DNA of 64,000 nucleotides, taken from Felis catus (taxonomy: Eukaryota). Shown one piece after another: positions 1-11,154 of this stretch (position 1 is the stretch's first letter; every line of letters begins with the position of its first letter). Below the pieces are notes generated by a model. The model did not search any database. It saw only the letters and a program-made list of their open reading frames with translations, and was not told the origin of the DNA. The stretch spans positions 30,320,001 through 30,384,000 of the forward strand of contig NC_058368.1 in assembly GCF_018350175.1 (NCBI RefSeq), given 5' to 3'. The position numbers and the translations under genes are program-made.

Positions 1-746
1 GCCATGTCGGCATTTGCTCTTGTTCTCTCTTGTTTTGCACCTGCTCCTCCCTGAACGGGATCCTAGGGTCACTAGATGAATTCTTCTGGGACCAGAAGCA
101 AAAGTGAGAATTTGGTGCTTGAAAAGGATCAAATTCCTAACGAGCCTTATCAAACTTATTAACAAGAAACATGAGCTGTGCTTCTTGGGGACTTGGTGCA
201 GAATTCTGATTTGGCTCAAGGATGCATTTGCTGAGAGAAATAACTCACAGAAACCAGAGGAGATTTTATTTCCAGAAAGTGTAACTTGGGGTAGAGGAAT
301 GACCATTCAAATGGAAGCTTCAAGGGATACCAGGTGGTAAAATTAGCAGATGTGAGACTACTGTGGTCCCTGCAGCTCTCCCTTTTATCGGCTTAGAGGT
401 TATATTGTCCCATATTCGGATTCTTCAACTATTTCCATCTACAAATATTTCTCTAATATATAGTTATCTCTACCATTAGTAATAATTGCTCCTCCAAATC
501 AAATGAATCCTACCACTAAATAAGTCTTCTAGTTAGCCAAGTTGTGTGTCAAGCCCCACTGCTTTTAGATTTATTGAGCTCTTTATGACCAGTGTGGGGT
601 AGACTGAATGGTCTACTATGCAATCCTCTGGCTAATACCTCTATAGCTCCCAATCTCTTTAATTCAGTATACGAGTCTTGGTTTTTCCTCAACATGAGTT
701 AAAATTTCTGTGAATTCTCAAGGTAATTAATTCAACCCTTCCTTCA

Positions 747-755
747 TTTTTCTTT

Positions 756-791
<36 letters not shown>

Positions 792-800
792 AAAGAAAAA
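747..800. repeat. 54-bp perfect palindrome centred on (AT)13
   Basis: tttttcttttaact (747-760) + (at)13 + agttaaaagaaaaa (787-800); the arms are exact reverse complements. Confidence 0.95.
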
Positions 801-809
801 ATATATGGA

Positions 810-1366
810 AACTTCATCAAAAAGGAATGAATAGTACAATGATTATCAATAATTTCTACTTGGGTTAATCAATTGTTAAAGCATTTTTACGGTTTTTCCT
901 TTCTATATAAATATGTATATTTTAATGAACTTCTTGAAAATAAATTGCAGATATTATGACATTCACTCATAAATATTTAGCATTGATCTCTTATAAATAA
1001 AGATGTTTAGCTATTAACCACCATATCATTATCACACAAAGAATTTAATAAGAATCATGTGCTGTTGTTTAATATATAGTCCATTTTCAAATTTCCCCAG
1101 TTGCCCTAAAAATGCCATTCATAGTTTTTTTTTTTAACTTTTTTTTTCTAGGATCTCATCAAATTTCTGGTTGTGCATTTAGTCTTTTTTAATTTAGAAA
1201 ATTTTCTTTCATCTTTTTACTCTGTTTGTTTTCTATGTCAAAGAATTTTTTGAGGATCCAAGCTAGTTATCTTGTAGAATGTTGTTTATCTTGGATTTGT
1301 CTGATTGTTTGCTTATGATTAGAATCAGGTTAGACGTTTGTTTGGCAGAAATATTGCAAAGATGAT
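810..1366 (-). mobile_element. Ancient L1 3' end (L1MC/L1ME-like), left part; continues at ~5313-5555
   Basis: Resembles recalled L1MC 3'UTR in reverse (e.g. 'aatatttagcattgatctc...accatatcattatcaca', 'ggatttgtctgattgtttgcttatgattaga'). Confidence 0.65.
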
Positions 1367-1743
1367 TGTAGTAGGTTGACTTATTGTTCAAAAATATTTC
1401 ACTACTCTTCTCTTGTCCTTGCCAATATTTCTTAGAGGAGCATATTTCCTACCCAAGTCTTTGTATGTGATTTGCTGAGGCCAGTGGGATGCTAGCAGAT
1501 ATATCATGAGAAGTTGGGCTTGTTCTCTTGTGCTTCTGAGATTAACATGAAAAAAAAAGAACATTTTCAATTTCAGAAAATTGTGTGATGTATAGACCTG
1601 ACCTGAAACCACAGCCTGAAGCCAAGTCTTGCCTGGATCAGTAGAACCTCAGCTAATGTGCAGATGTGTAAGCAAATAGTTTATTTGTTGTCTGCCATTG
1701 AAATTTTATGGTAGCATGTTATACAAACAAGCTAAATGAGACA
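1367..1743 (+). mobile_element. MaLR solo LTR (MLT1G/H-like)
   Basis: Starts tgtagtaggttgacttattgttca; ends ...ttgttgtctgccattgaaattttatgg...gctaaatgagaca (TG...CA termini, MLT1-type 3' end). Confidence 0.7.
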
Positions 1744-1761
1744 GCAGTCATGTTGAATTTT

Positions 1762-4700
1762 CTTTTTAAGGTCATAAAAAACACACAACAGGAGATCTAG
1801 CCCCTTAATTTATTAAGATACAGTATTATTAACTATATCCACATTATTGTACAACAGATATCTAGAACTTTTTCATCTTGAGTAATTGGAACTCTATACC
1901 CATTGAACAGCAGCTCCCGATTTTTCTCTTGCCTTAGCACTTGGCCACCACCATTCCACTTGCTGCTTCTATGAGTTTGACTAGTGTAGACACCTCTTGT
2001 AAGTGAAATCTTACATGATTTTAGGAGGAAAGCTTTTGGTGTTCCACTGTTGGGTATGATAGCTATGGGGTTTTCATATATGGTCTTTCTCATGTTGAGA
2101 TAATCTCCGTCTATTCTTAGTTTGTTAAGTGTTTATATCATGAAAGGGTGTTGAATTTTGTCGAATGGATTTTATGCATTTACTGAGATGATCATGTGAT
2201 TTTTATTCTTCATGCTATTACTGTTGTACATTACGTTGATTTTCATATGTTGAATCATCCTTGCATCCCAGTAGTAAATCCCTCTTGGTCATGGTACATA
2301 ATCATTTTAATGTACTGTTGAATTTGATTTGCTAGTATTTTGTTGAGGATTTTCGTATCTCTATTTACCTAGGATATTGGTCTGTAGTTTTCTTTTATTG
2401 GTAGTCCCTTTGTCTGACTTTGGTATCAGGGTGATTAATTCTGGGTTCATAAAATGAGTTTGGAAGTAGTCACTGTTCTTCAGTCTTTAGGAAGAGTTTG
2501 AGGAGGATTGGTGATAATTTGCTAAATGTTTGGTGGATTTAACCAGTGAAGCCATCTGGTTCTGGGCTCTTCCTGGTTGGGAGGTTTCTGATTATGATTT
2601 TCATTTCTTCTCTGCTTAGAGATCTGTTCAGATTTTCTGTTTTTTCATGATTCAGTCTTGATAGCTTGTATGTTTCTAGGAATTTATTATTTTCTTCTAA
2701 GTTTTCTAACTTGCTTATAGTAGTATAATAGTTCATAGTAGTCTCTTACAATTTTTTTTTTTTAAATTTCAGTGGCATCAGTTGTTATGTCTCTTCTTTC
2801 ATTTCTGATTTTTTTTAATCTTCTCTCTTTTTTCCTGGTTAGTCTACTTCAAGGCTTGCCAATTTGGTAGATCTTTCGAAAAACTCAACTCTTAGTCTTG
2901 TCAATTTTTCCCGATTGTTTTCCTGTTCTCTCTTTTATTTATTTCCACTCTGATCTTTATTATTTCCTTCCTTCTAAGGACTTTGGGTTTAGTTTGTTCT
3001 CCTTTTCCTAGTTCTTTGAGGTATAAATCTTGGTTTTTATCTGAGGTCTTTCTTGTTTCTATTTTCACTTATTTATGTTTTTAAATGTAGGCATTTACCA
3101 CTATAAACTCCCCTATTAGTACTGCTTTAGCTGCATCCCATGAATTTTGGTATGCTCTGTTTTTGTTTCTATTGTTCTCAAGATAGTTTCTCATTTCTCT
3201 TTTGATTTCTTCTTTGACCTGTTGCTTGCTCAAAAGTGTGTTGTTTGGTTTCCACATATTTGTGAATTTTTCAGTTTTCCTCTTGTACTTGATTTCTAGT
3301 TTCATTCCATCATGTGTGGAGATGGATTTCAGTCTTTTAAAAATTTGTTAAGACTTGTTTCATGACCTAACTTGTGACCTATCCTGGATAATGTTCTGTG
3401 CACATTTTTTTAAAAAAAATTTTTTTTAGCGTTTATTTATCTGTGAGAGAGAGACAGACAGACAGAGTGTGAGTTGGGGAGAGGCAGAGAGAGAGAGAGG
3501 GAGACACAGAATCTGAAGCAGGCTCTAGTCTCTGAGCTGTCAGCACTAAGCCCGACATGGGGCTCAAACTCACGAACCGTGAGATCATGACCTGAGCCAA
3601 AGTCAGACACTTAACCGACTGAGCCACCCAGGCGCCCCTGTTCTGTGCACACTTGAGAAGAATGGGTATTCTGCTGCTATTGGGTAAGATGTTCTGTATA
3701 TATCTGTTAGGTCCATTTGGTCTATAGTGTTGTTCATGTCCTTTGTTTCATTATTGATCTTATGTCTGAATGTTCTAGTTATTATTAAAAGTAGTATTGA
3801 AATCTCCTACTATTATTGTGTTGTTATCTATTTGTCCCATCAGTTCTGCTAATGCTTTTTACATGTATTTGGGTGTTCTTATGTTTGTTGTAGATATATT
3901 TATAATTGTTACATCTTCCTGGTGAATTGGCCTTTTATCATAGTATAACGTCCTTCTTTGTCTCTTCTGACAGTTTTTGCCTTAAGATCTATTTTGGTGA
4001 TATTCTCATTTTGTTCATGCATCATTTTCCGGAGATCATTGAGCATCTTTATTATGGATATTTTACATTCTTTGTTAGGTAATACATTTACCTCCCTTTC
4101 TCTATGGTCATTTTCTGGAGTTTTATTTTGTTCCTTTGATTGAGCTGTACTTTCCTTTTTCTTCATCTGCTTTGTAAGTTTGTGTTGTGATCTGTGTTTT
4201 TGGAAAAGCAGTCCCCTCTAGTCTTTGCGGACAGTGTGCAGTGAAAGGCTGTCGCCAATCAGCATGGTCAGAAATTCTGGCGATCTCTCAGACCTTTTGA
4301 TGGATATGTCTTCTCTGGACTTAAGCCTGTAAATTCCCAATTAGAGTGGTTTCTTTGTCATTATCTTTTTTTTCCAGGAGTTTGCAAACTTTTGCCTCTT
4401 TCTGGTGTCTAACTGTGGCACTGAAGGTTCTCTGGAGTGTCTATAAACTGTTGTCACTCTTGTCTGTTGTCAGTGGCTCCCAGGCTCCTAGAGAATGCCA
4501 GATCCTCTCAGTGTCTAAGTCCATTGTCTTGAAACTAGTCCTTTGGGCAACCTCTGGGAAAACCAGACATTGGACAAAAGCTCCATTCTTCTCTTTCCTC
4601 ACTGAGGAGAGCTTTCTTGGTCTCTGTCTACTTTACTGTGTGTTCTCTGGGACAAACAGCAAACTCCTCAGCCCTCTTTCATTCTCCGTGGCCCCCAGGA

Positions 4701-5312
4701 ATGCAGAACATGCTGGGTTTTGTATGTATTCTGAGGCAGGTGAGAAAGAAACAAGGCCCTCAGGCAGCCCCCGCCAAACAGCCAGAATGTTGGATGCATG
4801 CTCCAACTCTTTCACTTCCCTGGGAGAAGCCAGGGGTTGGGGTTTTCATCAGCTTGTTCCATATTGATCAGGGGAGAGATTATACTGAGTGAGTGCATGT
4901 TAGGCCATACCCTTGCCTTTGTCCTCAGTGGCATGAAACCAGGACCCTTTACTGTCAGAACTTAGATTCAGACAAGAAGAATGTAATCCCTCAGGAAGAC
5001 CCTCCCCTGCCAAACATCTGAACACTGGAGACGTGTTTCAGTCTTTTCTTTCTCTGGAGAAAAGCTGAGAGTGGAAGTTTTCACGGATGGCTTCAGCTGG
5101 GATGTGAGGAGGGACTAAGGTGAGTGATAACCACGGACTTCCCTGCTGGCTTTGACGTGGAGGGTTCATCCTTGCCTGGGGTGTACGAGCCTCTTATCTG
5201 GTTCCTAGATTTCTCACGAAAGGAGTTGGTCTGTGTATTATTGTTGAACATAGGCCTCTGTGGGGAAGGGGGTTCTGAGGCTTCCTATTCTACCATCTTG
5301 CTGATGTCACTC
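1762..5312 (-). mobile_element. Old L1 (L1MA/L1M-type) from 5'UTR to 3' end with two large internal deletions; decayed ORF1 N-terminus and ORF2 EN/linker
   Basis: The 5' end reads GAGTGACATCAGCAAGATGG... on the minus strand at 5312. ORF1-like peptide EQNKTPE...KISIIKMLNDL at ~4000-4166. ORF2-like peptides KTVRRDKEGRYTMIKG, MKLEIKYK...NSWDAAKAVL and LETYKLSRLNHE...KSPEPDGFTG. L1 3' end at ~1762-2015. Confidence 0.9.
3405..3638 (-). mobile_element. CAN-SINE (SINEC) inserted in the L1
   Basis: tRNA-like head ends ...cccaggcgcccc; (GA)n and T-rich tail; TSD tgttctgtgcaca at 3392-3404 and 3639-3651. Confidence 0.97.
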
Positions 5313-5555
5313 TGTTCGCTTTTTACGTGATTTCATACCACGTTTCTCACTATTGGTGGTGCCAAGTTAATCAGTTGATAAAGATAACGATCAATGAATT
5401 CTTCATTACAAAGAGACACTTTCTGCTTTGTAAATGATAAGGCAACCGTAGGGTGATATTTTGAGATCGTGTGAATATCATCTTTCTCAACAATCTCTCC
5501 TTCAGTGGCGCTAGCGTCTGTTGGCCATCTTTACCTGAGTCAATTATTACATAAA
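5313..5555 (-). mobile_element. Ancient L1 3' end (L1MC-like), continuation of 810-1366
   Basis: 'gggtgatattttgagatcgtgtgaatatc...cctgagtcaattattac' resembles the recalled L1MC 3'UTR. Confidence 0.6.
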
Positions 5556-5560
5556 GACTC

Positions 5561-5923
5561 TGCTATGGACTGAATGTTTGCCTTTCCCCTAAATCCCCAA
5601 CTAAGAAAATGTTGAATCCCTACTCTCCAGTGTAATGGTATTTGGAGGTGACACCTTTGAGAGATAATGAGGTCAAGAGGGTGGACCCCTCATAGTGGGG
5701 TTAATGCCGTTACAAAAAAGAGAAAGAAGCAGGAGATGTCTCTTTCTTTGCGTGCACACACCAAGAAAAGGCCCCGTGAGGACGAAACCAGGAAGAGGGC
5801 CCTCACTGAGGACTCAAGCATGCTGGCATCCTGAGTTCAGACTTCCAGAACCATGAGAAGTAAGTGTTGGCTGTTTAAGCCTTCCAGTCTATGGTGTTTG
5901 TTACCGTGGCCTGAACTAAGACA
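5561..5923 (+). mobile_element. MaLR solo LTR (MLT1A-like) with intact 5-bp TSD
   Basis: tgctatggactgaatgtttg...ctgaactaagaca; TSD gactc at 5556-5560 and 5924-5928. Confidence 0.92.
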
Positions 5924-6294
5924 GACTCTGACCCTCCTTATGATGCTGTTTGTAGTTCTTAAAAATGATAATAAGGCTGATGCCATTTGCCCCTCTGATG
6001 CCCTCGAGAAAGAAAAACTAGATTTATGTATATATTTATATACTCTGGGGAAGAGAAAGTACCTTTATCAGGAGGATGCAATAACCTGAAATATAATTAA
6101 TCTTTCTGTGTTTTCCTGGGGTTGCTGGTCTCTATTTGAGTCCTGTTTCCAAGATGGAGAAAGGGGCTATGGAGCTGTGGTAATGTTTTCAGAATGATTG
6201 TAGGGTATCTTTACACTATCCTTGAGCTGAGCTCACATTTTGGTTAATAAAAGGAGTTAATAAAGGGAGGGTTTTTACTTAAGACAAATTAAAA

Positions 6295-7089
6295 AATTCA
6301 GTGTTGGTTAAATTATGGTATATTCATAGATGGGAATACTATGCAGTCATTATCAGGAATGTTGTAGATAAATATTTGATAACATAGAAAGATGTCTGAT
6401 TATATTGATTAAACAGTAGTTTACTTAATAATATACATTATGAAAAAAGAAATGCATGTCTGTATACAGTGAAATTACATTATACAAGATAAAGTCATTT
6501 GTTAATTAAGAGATTACTTATAGTCAAAATTCTGCTTAGAACTACTTTAAGTCATCCATAAAGAATAATACACATGGTTTTATGTATACACAAGCCACTC
6601 AGGGACTTTGTACACTTTGAAATTTGGGACCCAGAGGGTTAGACTAAAGGAAGGAACTATATGAAGATATTTGGGAATTCGAACCATTCTGTCTTTAACG
6701 TGACGATCAGATTCATAGACATCAGTGGGAGATGGGTGGGTTGAGAATAATGAAGTGTTTCTGCTTATCTTTAAGCACACATTTCCCTAATTTTATTATT
6801 AAGCCTCTAACATTAATTCATTTGAACACAATAGTTTGTTGTTGTGAGAATTGAGTGAAGTAACGGAGACTCATCTCGGGGAAGACAACAGCCAGTTAGG
6901 TCCCGAAGTCTGTGCACAGATAAGCTAAGTGTGTGCATGATTCAGTTCGCAGTATGCTGGGATGTGCATGCGTGCGTGCATGTGTATGTGTGTGGGGGCG
7001 TTAAATTCTGGGAAGAAATGCACTAAAAGTATTAACATTGGTTAATTATCTTTAGGCAGTAGTATATTTTGAGCCATTTTTATATACTT
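6295..7089 (+). mobile_element. Ancient L1ME-like 3' fragments (6295-6480 and ~6990-7089, continuing between the SINEs)
   Basis: 'ggttaaattatggtatattcatagatgggaatactatgcagtcatt' and 'ctgggaagaaatgcactaaaagtattaacattggtt' are L1ME-like. Confidence 0.55.
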
Positions 7090-7312
7090 TCTTTTTTTCT
7101 TCTTTTTTTAAATGTTTATTTGTTATTTTTGAGGGAGAGAGAGACAGAGAGAGAGCAGGGGAGGGGCAGAGAGGGAGACACAGAATCCAAAGCAGGCTCC
7201 AGGCTCTGAGCTGCCAGTGCAGAGCCTGATGTGGGGCCCGAACTCACCAACCACGAGATCATGACCCGAGCTGAAGTTGGATGCTTAACTGACTGAACCA
7301 CCCAGGCGCCCC
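7090..7312 (-). mobile_element. CAN-SINE
   Basis: Full head-body-tail in reverse, ending cccaggcgcccc. Confidence 0.96.
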
Positions 7313-7371
7313 TTTATATCCTTTATATAGTTTTAGAATATTTCCTAAATTTTCTACCTTGAACATTTCTT

Positions 7372-7595
7372 TTTTTAAAATTTTTTGTTTTTCAACGTTT
7401 ATTTATTTTTGGGACAGAGAGAGACAGAGCATGAACGGGGGAGGGGCAGAGAGAGAGGGAGACACAGAATCGGAAACAGGCTCCAGGCTCTGAGCCATCA
7501 GCCCAGAGCCCGACGCAGGGCTCGAACTCACGGACCGCGAGATCGTGACCTGGCTGAAGTCGGACGCTTAACCGACTGCGCCACCCAGGCGCCCC
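7372..7595 (-). mobile_element. CAN-SINE, young felid subfamily
   Basis: CpG-rich; 18-bp perfect TSD ctaccttgaacatttctt at 7354-7371 and 7596-7613. Confidence 0.98.
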
Positions 7596-7659
7596 CTACC
7601 TTGAACATTTCTTGCTGTGATGATTTGTTTTGTTTTCGTATGTGTGTGTGTGTGTGCGT

Positions 7660-7885
7660 ATTGAATAAACTTTAGTTTTTAGAACAGTTTTGACAGCAAA
7701 ATTGAATGACAGGTACAGAGACTTCCCCTATATCCTCTGATCCCACTTGCTCACTGCCTCCTGCATTATCTGTACTCTTCATGTTACAACTGTTGAACTT
7801 AGGCTGCCACACCATTATCACTCAAAATCTATTGTTTACATTGGGGTTTAGGGTTAATCTTGGTGCTGTAAGTTATATGTATTTT
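7660..7885 (-). mobile_element. L1 3' end fragment (L1MB/L1MC-like)
   Basis: 'tttttagaacagtttt...acagcaaaattga...aggtacagagacttcccc' is a typical L1 3'-terminal motif in reverse. Confidence 0.65.
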
Positions 7886-7897
7886 TAAAACAAAGAC

Positions 7898-7928
<31 letters not shown>

Positions 7929-8541
7929 GCCAAGTCAAAGCTTCAGTCCTGAGTGAATCTAAGCAGTCAGCGGGCCTTGAGACAAAAATTACTTTTCTCC
8001 TTTTGGGTCCCAAGAAAGATTCACAGATCATATGTTCACAGGCTGTCGGCAGATTGCCTTGGGTAAAGGGCAGAACAGCCCTCAACTCTAGTCGCCCTGT
8101 GGGGCGTCAGGAACGGTTCTCCTCATTTGGGACGGCACTTGAGGTCATGCTCTAGAGAATAGGAAAAGGAAGGAACTAGTCCAGATTAAATACTATTTAT
8201 GCTAAATTGCTTTATGTGATACAAGCTATCCTAAAGATGGTGGTGTTTTTTCCTCCCCAAACTGAGTGTAAATGAACACTTTCACTATAACTGAATCAGG
8301 GTCTTCTGAGTTCAGACTGTGGTTCCCCAAGGAGTGTCAAAATGCAATGTAATTTATCAGGATTTCCAAAATTAGCTTTCAGTGATGGTTATTAAAATAA
8401 AGACCCCTGTTTGTGGTCCCACTTGTGGGTTGTCATTTCACATTAAATATCATGCTTCTTTTTGTACTGCTGACCTTATAATTACGCTGATTTGTAAGAT
8501 ACATGTGGAAATAAAATAATATGAAGGAGTAATGAAACAAT

Positions 8542-8754
8542 TATTTTTTTCAATGTTTATTTTTGAGAGAGACAGAGAGACAGAGTGCGAGCAGGGGAGG
8601 GGTAGAGAGAGACACACACGCAAAGAATCTGAAGCAGGCTCCAGGCTCTGACCTGTCAGCACAGAGCCTGACATGGGGCTCGAACCCACAAACTGTGAGA
8701 TCATGACCTGAGCTGAAGTCAGAGGCTTAACCTACTGAGCCACCCAGGTGCCCC
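8542..8754 (-). mobile_element. CAN-SINE
   Basis: Reverse SINE ending cacccaggtgcccc; degenerate TSD. Confidence 0.95.
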
Positions 8755-8879
8755 TAAAACAGTTTTTTAGGAAAAATAACAGCGTTGGGAATCCTTTCTG
8801 TAGATAGTAAATAAGCCATACCTTAAACTCAATTCAAACATGGATTAGATTACAAGTAATTGTTAGAAACAGTATAAAT

Positions 8880-9080
8880 AACATTTTATTGGGCACCAAT
8901 TAGCACCAGACATTATGTTAGATGCCTTACATCTCCCTTGATCTTTTATGGTGGGTGATTTTTCTTATCCCCATTTTATAGATGAGGAAGCGGAGGCTCA
9001 CAGAGTGTAGGAGGCTCGGCCAAGGTTATCAAGTCAGTCAGTAATAGGGCCAGGATTCCAAAGTTCATACTCTGCCTGTT
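8880..9080 (-). mobile_element. MIR
   Basis: MIR core 'ccccattttatagatgaggaagcggaggctcacagag...ccaaggtt'. Confidence 0.8.
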
Positions 9081-9589
9081 AGTTCTGGAGAGAAAACCTT
9101 CCATTTTCAGAGAGCAACGAGGACTTGAGGAGACCCCAGATGTCAACATTTGGGGATATATTTTAATGACGACATCAAGAAATGGGAAGTGTCTTTGAAT
9201 ATACTGCATCTAAAATGAAGAAAATGGCAAGATGGCAGCAGTAAAGAAAGGGGTGAGAAATGAAGGAAGAGCAGTGTAAACAGTGGACAGCAATGTGTGC
9301 ATGGGGATGGGCTGGGACAGAGTGTAAAGGGGGATTCAGGAAAAGCTTAGCAAACAGAAGTGAGGGGCAGCCAGAGTGTAATTTAAGGAGGCCAGTGATG
9401 GAGAGCAGGGAGAAGCTACATAAAGTCTAAATTGGTGATTACGAGGGAATTTATTGATGGAAGTAAAATCTTAAATTGCATGCTTAATGTCAATCTAGTT
9501 TACAGTTTTAGGTAATGTAAACTAAGGGTGACAAATTCAGAACAGATGGCAAGAAGCAAGTTTTACAGAGAGCAAATCACAAATGCCCG

Positions 9590-9800
9590 TGGAATGGACA
9601 TCCTGCAGGGACAGCACTCAAATTCACTTCCAGGGGACCTCACAGCCCTCATCAGTGATTTACGCGTGACAGTCATGGGCGGAAAGTACCCACAAACAAA
9701 GTTCCCTCCAGTTGCCGGCAAGGGGAGTCTGTTGACTCATTTGGCGTGATTTGCAGTTGCATTTCAGGGGAAGAGCCTCCTGACAGGAACACTGTGGCAA
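9590..9800. promoter_or_regulatory. Candidate enhancer (transcription-factor motif cluster)
   Basis: TGATTTACG (9656-9664), TGACAG (9667-9672 and 9781-9786), ACAAACA (9692-9698), GTTGCCGGCAAG (9711-9722) and TGACTCA (9733-9739) in unique sequence. Confidence 0.35.
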
Positions 9801-10879
9801 TGACTTTTAAAAACAGATGTACTGTGATAATCTAATGGCAAATTCCTCTCCTCGATTTTCTCTCCAAATGTTTGTGTGTGTCTGCTTTGGAGAACTGTTC
9901 AGAAATGTTTGGGCAAGCGCCGTGCCGTGGATGTGGTGTTGGGTACCCACTCTTTGACCTAGATAGGAATTGCAGGGAAATCAGATTTGGAAATATCTTC
10001 TTCTCTCCCCACCATTCACATCAAAATTGTAAGGTAACTGCCTGCCTGATCAGATTTAAAGAGTCTTTTGATGGAGGGGCACAACACAGTGACAGTTAGA
10101 TGGATGAAAGGCAGAGCTCTGTGTTGTTTACAGGAGAGGGAAGTCTACTGTCCAGGGCCACAGTAGGGTGGGGGGGGGGTTGCACCAGGGGAGGGTAGCA
10201 GCAAGTTGGAAATGTAGAAGCTGGCTTATATTCAGCAACTGCAGGGAGAGCAGCTGGGCTTCCCAGGCTTCCTGGGGATTGCACAATTCAGATATCCTGC
10301 GGCGTCTGGGGCCCAGATACCGTCCTTCCTTGTTTGATACAGCTGGTCCTTGGGGAAGTTTGGGTGTTTCCTTAGTGGCCCTGGGGAGTAGGGGCCTGCT
10401 AAGGAAGTGGTAGGAGTGGTGCCTAGCAAATTTCTTGGAAAAAAAAAAAAAACGAAATTGAGAGTTGTTAGCCATGAACTTAATGCCAAGTCAAGACAGC
10501 ACTTGTGAAATATTATATTGCGCTGTAACAATGGTTGAAGTGTTGGAGTTTGAACCTGCATGAACTGTCATTTTTCTGCACCCTTTCTGCCTTCGAATTT
10601 TACACATATGTGGGGGCGTCAAGACCCTTTGCGATAAGGGATGTACTTCTGTATTTACATTCTCTTCTCTTCGTGGAATCCAAACTTTTGCCAGCTGCTC
10701 CATTGTCATCAGTGATATCTCACTCTTTCAGTCTACCAGGTAGAGATCGTTTTTGAATTGTTCACCTACCCCTGTTTCTGTAGCTGCTTGTCTCCTCCCC
10801 ATAACGTATTCATGCCTTTCCGTTCCTACAGCTGGCCTCTTAGCTCAAGCCTGTATAATCCCATAATTATTTTAACAGC

Positions 10880-10914
10880 TCTTTTTTTGGATGTTTTTAT
10901 TATTTTTATTTTTT

Positions 10915-10946
<32 letters not shown>

Positions 10947-11111
10947 GTATGAGCAGGAGAGGGGCAAAGAGAGAGGGAGACACAGAATCTGAAGCAGGAT
11001 CCAGGTTCCAAGCTGTCAACAGAGCTGACGTGGGGCTCGAACCCACAAACTGTGAGATCATGACCTGAGCCAAAGTTGTACGCTTAACCCACTGAGCCAC
11101 GCAAGTGCCCC
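10880..11111 (-). mobile_element. CAN-SINE
   Basis: TSD tattttaacagc at 10868-10879 and 11112-11123. Confidence 0.96.
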
Positions 11112-11154
11112 TATTTTAACAGCGTTTTAAGTCACTTTCCCTTCTTCTCATTTT

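Noticed and set aside
4346..4867. Longest ORF (173 aa, + strand)
   Set aside because: It is antisense to a decayed L1 5'UTR, has a non-ATG start and is low-information. There is no support for an ORF0-like product.
7901..8100. T28 run as the tail of a minus-strand processed pseudogene
   Set aside because: No polyadenylation signal (tttatt) next to it, no TSD and no recognisable mRNA or ORF.
8090..8110. Possible CTCF site (gtcgccctgtggggcgtc)
   Set aside because: Poor match to the CCASYAGRKGGCR core on either strand.
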